From Andalucia godoyi And28 (Eukaryota > Protista > Jakobida): DNA of 64,000 nt. The notes beneath the pieces are model-generated. The model worked only from the letters and a program-made list of their open reading frames with translations. It did no database searches and was not told where the DNA came from. Below are positions 41,217-53,700 of the stretch, in pieces. The first letter of the stretch is position 1. Each line of letters begins with the position of its first letter. The stretch is taken from the NCBI GenBank assembly GCA_009859145.1, contig VRVR01000005.1:88745-152744 (forward strand), in the 5' to 3' direction. The position numbers and the translations under genes were made by a program.

Positions 41217-44003
41217 ATGGGAAACGCTTCGAGTAACTCGGTGGAAGGAACGACGCTTCGGACGTATAATTTCAAGACCGAAGGTCCGGTGTTTTTCAGT
41301 GCTTTAATCCCGGATCGCAATCAGCTTGTGGCACTCGGGTCGACGTTTCTGGAGTCGTTTCGTGCTCAGGAAGTAGACAGAAAGTGGCTTGCGTACGTCG
41401 AGGCTGTTACATGTGCAGATATTGATGCTGCACGGACGAGAGAAATTTATTGTGGATGCGCAGATGGAAAAGTGAGAGTCTACGAGACTGAGATTGGCGG
41501 GAAACTTGTCCGGTCGCTTATTCCATCATCTTCCGTTGGTTCAAACGCAGAGGCTGTGTCGGAGCCGCCGGCCATCACATGTGTGAAGAGCATATCGGAG
41601 GACATTATGCTGTTTGGCGATGCACTCGGAACTGTGTACGTGTATAATCTGAAGAAACGGGAGGTGGAATCCAGCTTTGGAATCGACTTGAAAAGAGCTT
41701 CGAGTGGACTGGCACAGCAAGCCCCGGTTCCTGCTGCGATTCTCTGCTTGGCACAAGATGCGAAAAGGAATCACACATGGTGTGGCTTTTCAGATGGTGT
41801 GATCCGATGCTATGACCAGCAGGGAAAACGAGTGTTGCAACTGGGGTCTGCAAATGCGGCAAAGATGGCGGAAGTCCGTGCAATTGAAATCATCGCGCAA
41901 CACGACATTTGCATTTTTGCAGTCGCGAACAAGTCGCTGCATGTTTGGGATCTGAGCAGCGGGAAAGAACTTGTGTCGTATCAGTTTGATGTTCTACGGA
42001 TGTATTACTGCCCTCAAACTGATCTATTATTCACGGGAGGAGATGACGGGAAATTGGTTCTTTGGAGGTTGCCGAGAGAGCGCTCGCCGTCTCCATTGGT
42101 GTTGTTGAAAAAGTTTGACATGCATACTCGGCCTTTGTGGTGCATTACGTATTACTCGGGTGTGGATGCACTCCTCACGGGAGGCTTTGATTGTGTGGTG
42201 AAGCTGCTTCCACGAACGTTTTCTGCAATGTTGAAGGATTATGCGGCTGCGCAGGTTATCAGAATGAAACAGGAGCAGAAAGAGGAACAAGCAAGGCAAG
42301 TGGGAATCGATCTGCAGACGGTCTCGGAGGAGGAGGAAGTCGTTCTGCTGGATGAGCTGTACGGAAGAAGCGCTCCTCCAATGCCTGCTGTTGTGGAGGA
42401 GGCCAAGATGAAGGCACTGTATCTGCGGTTCCTCAAAGCCCTGGACAACGGAACTCCGGAAGGAGCGGGTCTGATATCAATCCTGACGGCCGGGTTTCAC
42501 GACATGTTGGATAGTCTCAAGAAGGAGCTTGCGACGGCATCGTCAAACTTGGGGGCTGCCAGAGAGCAAATCTACCAGAGACACCGTCCATATCTCGAAC
42601 CAACCTTCGGTGTCGCTCAGATCGAGAACACCTATGCAGAGAAACTCGAGGAAATGAAGAGACGTCATGAACAAGAATTGCGCGATTTAAAGGCATTTTA
42701 TGAAGAGGAGCAGAAGCGTTTCGAAGATGCTATTGGGAACGGCAAGCATCACGCAGCTCTTGATTACCACAAGGCAAAGTATGCATATGCTGCTCGCAAC
42801 CGGGAACTGGAAGCCGCGACGATTTCCCAGATGCGTGGCCTTCTGCTGTCTTCAGTTCCTCACAGCCGGCAGTTTTCGGAAAAGATTAAGCTCATATGCG
42901 CCATCAATCCGAGAACGCAAAAGGTGTACCATGCTATGGACATTGATTCCCTTGTGGACTACGCTGTCAAAGTTCTTCCACCAAAGGTCCCGTTGAATCT
43001 GTCTCTGAAGCATCGATCGCTGGTTTCTATCATTGACGTTGCGAAAACAGAAAAGGCAACATATGTGGTCATGGAAATGATGATTGACAACTTGCGCCAC
43101 AAGCTAGCCACCCAAGATCCAGATATCATATTCCCTCCCTCCGAAATTGCTGCGTTGGTGTATGATGTGGCGGATGCTCTCAACTATTTGCACGAGAATG
43201 CAATGGTGCTGAGGGATTTGCGGCCGGAGAACGTGTTGTTGGACAAAGAGGGTAATTCCAAGGTTGTGCACATAGGTCTGATGAAATCGCTTACTGGATC
43301 GGAGTCGAATGAAGAAGGGTTTGTGTACGCCGCTCCAGAGTTGTTCGCCCGCATGATTTTGACTGCTTCTGACATGTGGTCTCTTGGATGTATCATTATG
43401 CAATTGTTCCAAACAAGCGAAGAGCGAAAGACGCCGATTATTACGGGGGAGCATGCTCAGGAAGTTTTCCACAGCATTAGCAAGTTCGTCGACATCCCTG
43501 ACACTGCAGCTCTTGCCGCTATTGCTGCAGAGAATCGCCTTTCCGAAGGCAACACCGCACTGTACTGCTCGCTGCCACTGCATCGCACACTCCGGCTGGT
43601 GCCACTTCACGAACTGGTTCCTCATGCCCCTGTTGAGGCGCTCGATTTGATTTCCCGATTGCTAGTGGTGAATCCAAAGCTGCGTATTACCGCCGCAGAA
43701 GTCCTTCGACATCCGTTCATTCACAAGTATGTTCCCCGGGTTGCCGGACGAGAGCCTTTGCAACCAGAACTCCCCATCGTATATGTTTTGCCCAAGGCTG
43801 ATCCGACTGGTGGTACGCATGTCCCGCCTGCTGCTGCGACAACCACCGTCTCGGATGCCACCGACGATGCGCCTCACGATGTCCATTCCGACATCCCCGG
43901 AACTGCGCCTACGCCGGCGGATGAGGAAGACGAAGTCGAAAAACTGCTGCAGTCCTCCCGGGAATTGAAGCTGGTGCCAGAGGAATCGGACGAACACCAA
44001 TAG
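41217..44003 (+). CDS. N-myristoylated WD40 + coiled-coil + CMGC-like pseudokinase protein
   Basis: MGNASS start; WD repeats (YCGCADGKVRVY, LFGDALGTVYVYN, CGFSDGVIRCYD, LHVWD, FTGGDDGKLVLWR, LTGGFDCVVKL); coiled coil; kinase fold with AVK, LRDLRPEN, HIG, APE, DMWSLGCI and RITAAEVLRHPF. Confidence 0.88.
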   Translation: MGNASSNSVEGTTLRTYNFKTEGPVFFSALIPDRNQLVALGSTFLESFRAQEVDRKWLAYVEAVTCADIDAARTREIYCGCADGKVRVYETEIGGKLVRSLIPSSSVGSNAEAVSEPPAITCVKSISEDIMLFGDALGTVYVYNLKKREVESSFGIDLKRASSGLAQQAPVPAAILCLAQDAKRNHTWCGFSDGVIRCYDQQGKRVLQLGSANAAKMAEVRAIEIIAQHDICIFAVANKSLHVWDLSSGKELVSYQFDVLRMYYCPQTDLLFTGGDDGKLVLWRLPRERSPSPLVLLKKFDMHTRPLWCITYYSGVDALLTGGFDCVVKLLPRTFSAMLKDYAAAQVIRMKQEQKEEQARQVGIDLQTVSEEEEVVLLDELYGRSAPPMPAVVEEAKMKALYLRFLKALDNGTPEGAGLISILTAGFHDMLDSLKKELATASSNLGAAREQIYQRHRPYLEPTFGVAQIENTYAEKLEEMKRRHEQELRDLKAFYEEEQKRFEDAIGNGKHHAALDYHKAKYAYAARNRELEAATISQMRGLLLSSVPHSRQFSEKIKLICAINPRTQKVYHAMDIDSLVDYAVKVLPPKVPLNLSLKHRSLVSIIDVAKTEKATYVVMEMMIDNLRHKLATQDPDIIFPPSEIAALVYDVADALNYLHENAMVLRDLRPENVLLDKEGNSKVVHIGLMKSLTGSESNEEGFVYAAPELFARMILTASDMWSLGCIIMQLFQTSEERKTPIITGEHAQEVFHSISKFVDIPDTAALAAIAAENRLSEGNTALYCSLPLHRTLRLVPLHELVPHAPVEALDLISRLLVVNPKLRITAAEVLRHPFIHKYVPRVAGREPLQPELPIVYVLPKADPTGGTHVPPAAATTTVSDATDDAPHDVHSDIPGTAPTPADEEDEVEKLLQSSRELKLVPEESDEHQ

Positions 44004-44142
44004 CCACGTTCAGCAGGCGGTGCGAATATGTTCAAATACTGTCTCCCCCCTCCTGTCCTTCTTTTTTCTTTCAATTTTCATTTTTAGGGAATACAATAAT
44101 TGCTGTAAAATCCACAAACAGAAAAATGAAAAAGAGAAAACG

Positions 44143-46869
44143 TCAAAATGATATTGACAATGATATTTGCGGTGATGATCCGCGACCGTCGGATGCAACA
44201 ACAGCCCAATCTGAATTGTTCCTGCATTCAATTGTTGTCGATTCACCAGTGTAAATCTTCAAAGAGTATGGTCCTTGCTGGCCATGTTTCATTGCGTACG
44301 GGACGACCATGAAACGAACGGGAAGGTCGGAATTCGACATGCTGGACGACACATCGCAGTACGCAAATGCCTCGCCGTCGACAAACGGGAAATTGAGTGC
44401 GACCACCCGCGAATCGATGACATTCGTATCAGAATGTATCGCAATCGGTGCATCTGCACTTGCGTCGTCGCTCACTGGCCAAGCATACAGAGAGACGCCA
44501 ACTTTCTTTGCATTCGCGCTCACATCATTGACATCCATCCTCGACAGAGCAACGATGACAGGACCCAAGGTTGCGTTTAGCACAAATTCATACTGTGGAT
44601 TCATCATCAACCCTCGTGGCCCGCCCGAATTCGACTTCACCCAAGCGTGATTAAACGTGTAAATGTTCGGTGCAATTACGGATTTGTCCAGCGGCATCGT
44701 CAACATATCCTCCGCAGTAAACATTGCATCTGAAACGATGCGAACTTCGAAATCCAGCGGACACCCCCGTTCCCGCAAACACGGAATCAAGAACAGCGGA
44801 TAATGCCAGTTCGTGATGTTGATGGTGCATTCCATCTCAAACGCCTTGGATTCCGTAAAAGGATTTCCCGAATAATCCAAACTTTCGCAAACCACTTCGT
44901 ACTGTGGAAGCAGGACGTCGCACTTCCACGAAGCACTCGGATGATTTCTGACGAGAGACAAGTTGGCAGCCCCCGAATCAGACTTGTTCAGGAAGCGGAA
45001 ATGCAAGCGACACGCACGAGACAACTGGATACGATAACACGGATTTGATCGGTATGAAGCATACGAACGATATCCCATGCTCTGTTGCGGACGGATTGTG
45101 CCCTTGATGTCGCGCTTCACAAGTTTGATAAACTCTTTCCATTCCACGCTGCGCTCCGTTCGTCGAACAGAAAATTGCTTGCTGGAACAAACAGTGAGTC
45201 TGTACAATCCTTCTTCTCCTGGGCGAAGCGTGTTCACCACAACGTTCAGCGGTTCCTCCTTCTCCCGGTATCTATGCTGGTCCACAGCAGCCACTGCGCC
45301 GATTTCAGCTTCGCTGGAATGCGTGAAGGTACCTTCCTTGGAGTCACCAAGGATGGTGAAGTCTCGCAGCTGCTTGAGCGTATTGGAGTTCTCCCTGTAT
45401 TCAAGAAAAGTTAAATTCACATATCTCGGATGTTTTGGTCGGTCATCTTGCTCCAGAAAAGCGTAGACGCGAGTGTCGGGCAGGTTGAGTAACGCCGTCA
45501 ACTTTTCCACGGAGCGCGATTTTGCATCGGATCGCATGCCCATTGATGGCACGGGCTTCTTGCCGTTCTTCCACGCAGACTTTGGGTCGTTGGACAACCG
45601 ACGATCTGCAAAGAAAATGCTAAAATGCGGGTTTCTACAAAATTCTGCAGGTGGTCCGTACGCCGGCCCTCCCGAACAGTCCTTTGTAATCGGCACCTTG
45701 ACTGTGTAGCGAAATGGCACCGACGCCTCCCAGGACTCGGGGTCCACCCAATCGGCATCCAGCCCGAAATTTGAATAAATCATCACACGATACTGAATGC
45801 CTTCCAAAGAATGTTTCTGCAAGTACGGTACAAAAAAGCAATTCTTCCCCACAAACTTTTGATCAATATCCGCAACCAACTCGATCTGCTTTGTGTGGCT
45901 TGACAACGATGATTTGTGGGCCCCGTGGACCTCCTTCAAGACTGAGTACTGTGGGAAAACGAGGGATTCATTCTGGAACATCTCGGCATTCGAAACAAGC
46001 GCTACAGATGGCAGAGAGACATCCATATCGTCCAGTGTCTGCAAGATGACGCACAAGAACGGGACTCCCTTCGCAGCTTTCCCACCTGCAATTGGAGAAA
46101 CACTGCGCGCGGATTGCGATCTTCCCTGTGTGACTGTCTGGTCTCGCGGAGACTTTCCGTGCGACGATTGCGGAATGCACCGCAACATCAGTTGCGGATT
46201 CTTGCGGAACGCTCCTGTATGATGGATGTTTCCACCAGCAATGTTCTGAAAACTGCCCTCAAGTGTCGTGACCACTACACGATCTTGGTCTGTGATGCGC
46301 TTTCGAATAGACTGCAATGTCTCGGAGCTTTCGTCCACATCCATCGACTTCAAAAACGCATCCCACGAGCGGTACACTCGACGATTACCACCAGCCGGAT
46401 TCACTGCAGGAGACGATGTTTCCGACACATCCTTTCCCGTTTCAGTCGACGCATCATGCTCCGTATTTTCCGATGTTGAATCAGACTTGCTGTCCTGATT
46501 ACCATTACCGCTACCGTTGCCTTTGCCTCGTGCCCCGGCAGCGGCTCCGGCTCCAGCAGCAGCTCCCGCAACGATCGCGGTCGAAGATGGTGAAACGCTC
46601 GATGATGACGACGTTGAATTATTCGAAGTTTCAGGTGGTGTCGCAGCATCACCATGACCGTTCTGTGTCTTCTTCTCAACGACAACCGCCGCTCCATCTG
46701 CAGTAGCCCCATTTTCATGCGGCTGCTGCTGCGACTGCGACTGCGACTGCGGGTGCGCCGTGGCGCCGCTGCTATCGCCATTCGACTCCGCGGCTCCGTT
46801 CGTGGACTTTGTACCGTTCGATTGTGCTGGATCCGCTGTTTTTGATGATTTCGAAGTACAAACACCCAT
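44143..46869 (-). CDS. Acylated calpain-like protein with four domain-III (CBSW) repeats and no protease domain
   Basis: MGVCTS start and low-complexity linker. Four GG...NPx[FY] signatures: AGGNIHHTGAFRKNPQL, SGGP..FCRNPHF, SYRSNPCYRIQL and SGGPRGLMMNPQYEF. Confidence 0.75.
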   Translation of the reverse strand: MGVCTSKSSKTADPAQSNGTKSTNGAAESNGDSSGATAHPQSQSQSQQQPHENGATADGAAVVVEKKTQNGHGDAATPPETSNNSTSSSSSVSPSSTAIVAGAAAGAGAAAGARGKGNGSGNGNQDSKSDSTSENTEHDASTETGKDVSETSSPAVNPAGGNRRVYRSWDAFLKSMDVDESSETLQSIRKRITDQDRVVVTTLEGSFQNIAGGNIHHTGAFRKNPQLMLRCIPQSSHGKSPRDQTVTQGRSQSARSVSPIAGGKAAKGVPFLCVILQTLDDMDVSLPSVALVSNAEMFQNESLVFPQYSVLKEVHGAHKSSLSSHTKQIELVADIDQKFVGKNCFFVPYLQKHSLEGIQYRVMIYSNFGLDADWVDPESWEASVPFRYTVKVPITKDCSGGPAYGPPAEFCRNPHFSIFFADRRLSNDPKSAWKNGKKPVPSMGMRSDAKSRSVEKLTALLNLPDTRVYAFLEQDDRPKHPRYVNLTFLEYRENSNTLKQLRDFTILGDSKEGTFTHSSEAEIGAVAAVDQHRYREKEEPLNVVVNTLRPGEEGLYRLTVCSSKQFSVRRTERSVEWKEFIKLVKRDIKGTIRPQQSMGYRSYASYRSNPCYRIQLSRACRLHFRFLNKSDSGAANLSLVRNHPSASWKCDVLLPQYEVVCESLDYSGNPFTESKAFEMECTINITNWHYPLFLIPCLRERGCPLDFEVRIVSDAMFTAEDMLTMPLDKSVIAPNIYTFNHAWVKSNSGGPRGLMMNPQYEFVLNATLGPVIVALSRMDVNDVSANAKKVGVSLYAWPVSDDASADAPIAIHSDTNVIDSRVVALNFPFVDGEAFAYCDVSSSMSNSDLPVRFMVVPYAMKHGQQGPYSLKIYTGESTTIECRNNSDWAVVASDGRGSSPQISLSISF

Positions 46870-47772
46870 CTTTCTTCTATCCAGAATGCAACGCACGCAC
46901 ACGAACAAACTCTCGAGATACGCGCGAAGAATGATATATGTGTATACAATATGAAACGGTACTCTCCAACAGAAAACCTCTCAATCAGAGACAACAGAAT
47001 AACAAAACAAAACAAACGATAGCACCCAGGGGTTAAAATACGACACAAAGAAGGGGCTTGAAGGTTTTAAAAAACCTGTGAGAATCCTCCACAGACGATC
47101 CAATGACCTCTATATATAACGTTAGTACGGAAGAAGGCAAAAAGGGGAGGGGAAAACTCTCACAGGGATGCGGACGAACGATGCTGAGAACAGTGCCGCG
47201 TTCCACGGAAATATTAACGAATGACGGAAAAACAGAGATGCAAACCAAATGAATCCAACAGTAAAACCAGTTATGTAGGAACAAACGGGAAACGAGAAAA
47301 GCAAAAGAGGAAATACAGAACAGAAGTAACATGTACTTGCATATTGTTATCATTATTTTTTTCTATACATTTTTTTTTTCTGTTTCTTTTTCTGTTCTTC
47401 TTCTGTCTTTTTTGCTGTTGCCAGTTGCATCTCTCGAAAAGTCTCAAAGTCACAGCCATCTGTTGTCTGCCGCTTGTCTGTGGACTTCATCGGACTCCCA
47501 ACTGCTCGTATGCTTGTTGGGAAAAAACTCCTGCCTGCATGGCGAGCACGGCATTTACTGAAGACACGACTTTGATGTCAATTGACGTCGCTTCGTCTTT
47601 ACAGCTGCTGTACTCTGGGAAGAACTTTCTATGGAACTTTCCCCTTTTCATTGATGGAATTTGAACACAGATAATAATAAAAATACGTTCGGAGTTCGGA
47701 ACTGTGGTCATCGTCCCTTCTTTATCGTTTCTTTGTAATGTAATGTGCGAACAACAAGGAAAGATAGAGGAG

Positions 47773-50700
47773 ATGGCAAAGAAGAGGCTTTACGAAAGCA
47801 GCGAAAGCGCGAATGAGCAGGTTTTTGAGGAATTGTCAGTTCAGACATTCACGGATGCAGTTGCACTCGATGCAAAGGTCCCGGATAAGGAAATGTTGTT
47901 TCTGGAGGAAGCACTGAAACGGTTTCTGCGAAGAGTTGCAGAGTTGTTTTCAACTAGTGATGCAGAAAGCAGCGGGAACAGGAAAGCTGCAAGGAGGATT
48001 TTTGATATTTATCAACGCGATCCTGGAAATTGGGTGGCGGAATTTGCTGCATTGCACCCGCAGTTCTCATCGGACGGCAATCGACGGAGTGTGTACTTTA
48101 TGGAAGAAAGCCTGCAGCAGCTTGGTGCTTGGTGGATGCAGAATTGCCCTGAAGCTCCGGAAATATCTGTGAATTCGCTGCAGCACTTTTCTCCAGTTCC
48201 TTCATTAGAAGAACTTCGGCAACGATGTTTCCTGAATGAAGCATTCCGGGTTGGAGCGAACGTTCCCAATCGCGTAGATAGAGGCATGCTTGAAGAACTT
48301 GGCGAAGACCTCGTAAACGCCGTATCGGCAATGTTGGATCAGGCAAAAGAACGAAAATGGAACGATAATCAAAAGCAGAGTGCGCTGTTTGATGTCCTGG
48401 GCCCAGAGCTGTGTATCAAGTTTGCAGAAACCATCCTGAAAGGCGGAATTCCAAGAAAGGGCGAGCAGCGCGTCAAGTCCGATGCTGAACTCAAGACTGG
48501 GCTGCCGTCGTATGCTGAGCGGTCGGACCATGGCACGTACGTGGAGGTCAAGATTCCGATCGACCCAAACTTGAAGAAACTGACTGGTGCGCAGAGAATT
48601 CCGGTTTCGTCGCTGGACGAAGTTGGAAGACAAGTGTTTGGGCATGTTGAATCACTGAATCCTATACAGTCTATCGTTTTTGACACAGCCTACAACACAA
48701 ACGAGAACATGCTGATTTGTGCACCAACCGGAGCTGGAAAGACGAACATTGCACTGCTGGCGTTGACAAGAGCACTTCGGTTCTCCGGAATCGGCAAACA
48801 AGGGGTTGGTAACATGTTCAAAGCTGTGTATGTCGCCCCGATGAAGGCCCTCGCTTCCGAAATGTGTGACGCGTTTCAAAAGAGGTTGGGTCCTCTGGGA
48901 CTTCGAGTCAAGGAGTGGACAGGAGACATGCAACTTACGGTTCACGAAGTGGAAACCACGAATGTGTTTGTTACAACGCCAGAGAAGTGGGATGTTGTGA
49001 CTCGGAAGGCGGATGCCTCATCTCCTATTATTCAGAACATTAGGGTGATGATTCTCGATGAAGTCCATTTGCTTCATGAAGAGCGCGGTCCGGTAATTGA
49101 AGCGATTGTTGCCCGAACGCTACGAGAATCCGAGCGACAGCAACGGGTAATTCGTCTGGTGGCGCTTTCGGCGACGCTTCCAAACTACCGAGATGTCGCC
49201 GAGTTCCTGCGTGTTCACCCCGAGCGCGGAATGTTCTTTTTCGGTGCTGAGTTTCGTCCGTGTCCATTGTCATCCTCATTTTACGGGGTGCGCCAGGCTG
49301 CAAATACTGCCGTAACGCAAAGGATTATGAGCCAAATTGCGTTTGATAAATGCTTGGAAGCCATCATGAGCGGAAAACAGGTATTGGTTTTTGTCCATTC
49401 GCGGAGGGAGACTGTCAAGACCGCTGAGACCCTGAGAGACCTCGCACGCAAAACCGGAAAGGTGTCCATGTTTCTTTCGAAAACCCCCGAAGACCGCAAC
49501 CTGTATCGCCTGAAGGCTGCTGACGCTGGTAACTTGCTGCAGGACGGATTCTGCGTTCACCATGCTGGACTCCTTCGCTCGGACAGAAATGTCATTGAAA
49601 AGGCGTTCTTGAATGGCCATTGTCGTGTGTTGGTAAGTACGGCAACCTTGGCGTGGGGTGTCAACTTGCCTGCACATGCTGTGGTAATCAAGGGTACAGA
49701 AGTGTATGATGCAGAGCGAGGAGGATTTGTTCAACTTTCCATGTTGGATGTGCTGCAAATGTTTGGTCGAGCTGGAAGGCCGCAGTTTGATACTTTTGGT
49801 TCTGCAACTCTGATCACATCTGTCGATCATTTATCACAGTATGTCTCCATGTATGGATCGAACAGCATGCCAATTGAGTCGAAACTGCACGACAAACTGG
49901 AAGATCATCTGAATGCCGAAATTGTGCGCGGCACTGTGTCCAGTGTTCGAGAAGCCCTTGGTTGGCTTGGTTACACGTTCTTGGCTGTTCGATTGCGATC
50001 AAATCCGATGGTGTACGGAAGCATCGGACTGTATGACATGGTGCATGCTGCGGCCAAGAAGTTAGACGAGTGCAAGATGGTACGCTTTTCTGCAGAGATT
50101 GGATCGTTACATTCTACTGACATTGGCAGGGTCGGCGCTATGTACTACATTACACATGAAACAATGCGGCAATTCCAAGAAGCCGTGGATTCGACGCTGG
50201 AGCTGTCGGAGAGCTCGATTATACGACTCGTTTCGGAGGCTGCCGAATTCAAGCAGCTCCAATCTCTCAAGCGTGAAGATGAAGCGCATGAACTTGCAGA
50301 GTTGAGGGGAAAATATGGCGAAATTTCGGACCTGGACAACAAGGTCGCGATTTTGCTTCAATGCCTTTTTGCTCGCGCTCGGGTCAAAACCTTTTCGTTG
50401 TCTTCCGATATGATGTATATATCCCAGAATGCTGCAAGAATCTTCCGTGCCTTGTTCGACATGGCTGTGAGACGCCGGAGGAGTACAACCGCGATACGGT
50501 TCCTGGAGTATGCGATTTGTGTGGATCGCCAGATGTGGCCGTGGGATCATCCTTTGAAGCAGCTCTTGCAGCTTTCTGAAAAGTCTTTTGTGCCGGATAT
50601 GGTGATCGACAAGTTACAAGACCACTCCATGGACATTCAAACCATACGAGAGATGACCGCTGGTGACGTGGGAGCCATGCTGAATGAACGGCGTCATGGT

Positions 50701-53700
50701 GACGCCATCTGGCGTGCTGCTCGCAGGTTCCCGCTTCTGTCCATCTCGGATGTACGGGTTCAGCCCATTACTCGTTCTATTTTACGAGTGCAAGTCACCC
50801 TTGTTCCAGATTGGGACCGCGGTCGTGCAGTCAGCGGAGCTTCGCGCAAGAACAGAGGGAATGTGAATTTGGAGCCGTTCTGGCTGTGGGTAGAGGATCC
50901 ATACCAGGATGTGGGATCCATGATTCATGTGGAGCCCATCACTTTCAAGGATGATATGGATTCACTCGATGTGCGCTTCACGATTCCCGCTCGAGATCCT
51001 TTGCCCTCGCAGTACACGCTTCGGATCGTGTCAGAACGATGGCTAAAGTCTGAGATCGTTGCTCCTTTGAATCTCAACCATGTTGTACTGCCGTCTGCGG
51101 AAACGACGATGACTGATCTGTTGCCTGTCCTCCCTATCTCGATAAGTGCTCTCCACCATGACACGTTTGAGAAGATCTATGACGTACATCGTCGGAGCAT
51201 GCACTTTTTCAATCCGGTTCAATGCCAGGTTTTTCATAACCTGTATCACACTGATGAAAATGTATTGATTGGCGCCCCTACAGGGTCTGGAAAGACCGTC
51301 ATGGGAGAGCTGGCAATTTTTAAGGTTTTGGCTCGTCGACAGAAGGAAATTTGTGTTTACATTGCCCCGCTCAAAGCGCTGGTGAAAGAACGACTCTCGG
51401 AATGGAAGAAGATGTTTGCGGGCGTCGCGCGAGTTGAGGAGCTGTCCGGTGACGTGACACCCGATGCCAGAACGTTAGAAGTGACTGACATCATTGTGAC
51501 AACCCCCGAGAAATGGGATGGAATCAGTCGAAATTGGACAAAGCGACCGTATGTTCGATCGGTTTCCTTGATCATTTTCGACGAGATCCACATGCTTGGA
51601 GGGGACCGCGGTGCCATTCTTGAAGTTATTGTCTCACGCATGCGTTTCATGTCGTGGACTTTGAAGAAGAGTGTTCGGTTTGTCGGTCTCTCGACTGCGC
51701 TCGCGAATCCAAACGATCTTGCAACGTGGCTGGATATCCACCCGCATAGAGGTTTGTACAATTTCCGTCCTACCGTGCGGCCCGTTCCCGTTACGGTACA
51801 CATTCACTCCGTTCCTGGCCGGCATTATTGTCCTCGCATGAATGCGATGAACAAGCCTGTATTTTCGGCTATTCGGGAGTACTCCCATGGGAAACCTGTC
51901 CTGGTGTTTGTGTCCTCTCGCAGGCAAACCAGACTGACTGCGCAGGCGCTCATTTCCTTTGCAGCATACGATGAGGCTCCGCGTTTGTTTGTCAAAGAAG
52001 GCGCTCCAGCTGATGAAGTGGATGCGATCTGTGCGACCTCCATTCGAGACGAAGCATTGCGAGACTGCCTTCCGTTCGGCGTGGGTCTGCATCACGCTGG
52101 TTTGTCGGAACAGGATCGCCAAATTGTTGAGCGACTCTTCTCCGAGTGCAAGATAACCGTGCTCGTGTCCACCTCGACTCTTGCTTGGGGCGTGAATTTG
52201 CCTGCACACATGGTCGTCGTGAAAGGTACTGAGTTCTACGATGCATCGACCCATTCTTATGTGGACATGCCAATCACCGATGTGTTGCAAATGATTGGGC
52301 GTGCTGGTCGTCCTCAATTTGACACATCTGCGGTCGCGGCAGTGTTTTGCGAGACCTCCAAGAAGGACTTTTATCAGCGATTTCTGTACCAACCCTTCCC
52401 TGTGGAATCGTCTCTGCTGTCCGGCAGCCGAATCTTTGAAATGTCTCACTCGGACTACTCTCCGTCTCAGCAGAAGCGTCAGACACTGGCGGAACATTTG
52501 AATGCGGAAATCGCTGCGGATGTGTTGAAGACTCGTCAGGCTTGCATTGACTACTTGTCTTGGACGTACTTGTGGAGACGGCTACCGCAAAATCCGTCCT
52601 TTTACGGTGTGCAATTGCACCCAGATACTGGTGTGCCGCTGACTGAATCCTTTGCGGAAGCGATTGTTGAGGAATCTCTGGCGTTCCTGTTGCAGCACGG
52701 TTGCGTTGAGGAATATCTGGAAGAACGAAAGGTCATGAACGACGGCCCCGCACAGGTGTCCCATCCGCGGCTTTCTCCGTCGGCCACTCGGCGCATTCGG
52801 TCCACGTATCTCGGAAGAATCGCTTCGAATTACTATACCTCTCCTCGTACTGTCTTTTTGTTCCATTCTTCCTTTTCTAACCCCACGAATGAGGTTTTGA
52901 TGGATGATTTGCTGCTTGCACTGTCTTCTTCCGAAGAGTATGCAGAACTCCCTGTGCGACACAACGAAGATGTGGAAAATGAAAAATGGGCGGCGGAAAT
53001 GAAGTTGCAAGGCAGAGAACAGGTTTCTGATTGGCTCTCACCGCACGTGAAGACACGTCTTCTGCTCATCGCACACATGAAGCGACTGGACCTGCCTGTT
53101 CCAGACTACGCATCCGACACAAAAAGTGTACTTGACCAAGCCATTCGTTTGCTGCAGTCCGCCGTTGACATTGCTCTCGGGCTTGACAAAGTCTCAGGTG
53201 TCCTTCTTGTTGTCAAGCTGACACAAATGCTGATGCAAGGTCTGCATGCAGATTCCGACGCCCGGTTGCAGCTGTCGGACTCCTCTCCGTTCCACAAAAG
53301 TCACAGAAAACTTACATTCCACGAACTTGTCTACAAGTTTGGTGACCGAGAGAGAGAGCTAGCGCATTTTCCGCGATTTAACCTTTCCACATCGGTTGGA
53401 GAAGGGCTCAAACTCAAGGTCCGTCTTGAGCGCCTCTCATCTCTGCTGCCATTTGCGAAACTTCCCAGATATCCAAAGCAGAAACAAGAGAGCTTCTTTG
53501 TGGTTGTTTCACAGCACAACAAGATCGTTGGACTGCGGCGGGCAGGACTGGTGGCAAAGGTCTCTGAGATGGAGTTCCAGCTCCCGGACTGCTCCAATGA
53601 CGTCTGGACTGATCCAAAAGAGCCCATCCAGATTGACGTACTTTCCGATTCCTACTATGGGCTTGATCTTCGCACCATTCTCAGCAGTCGTACTCCACAA

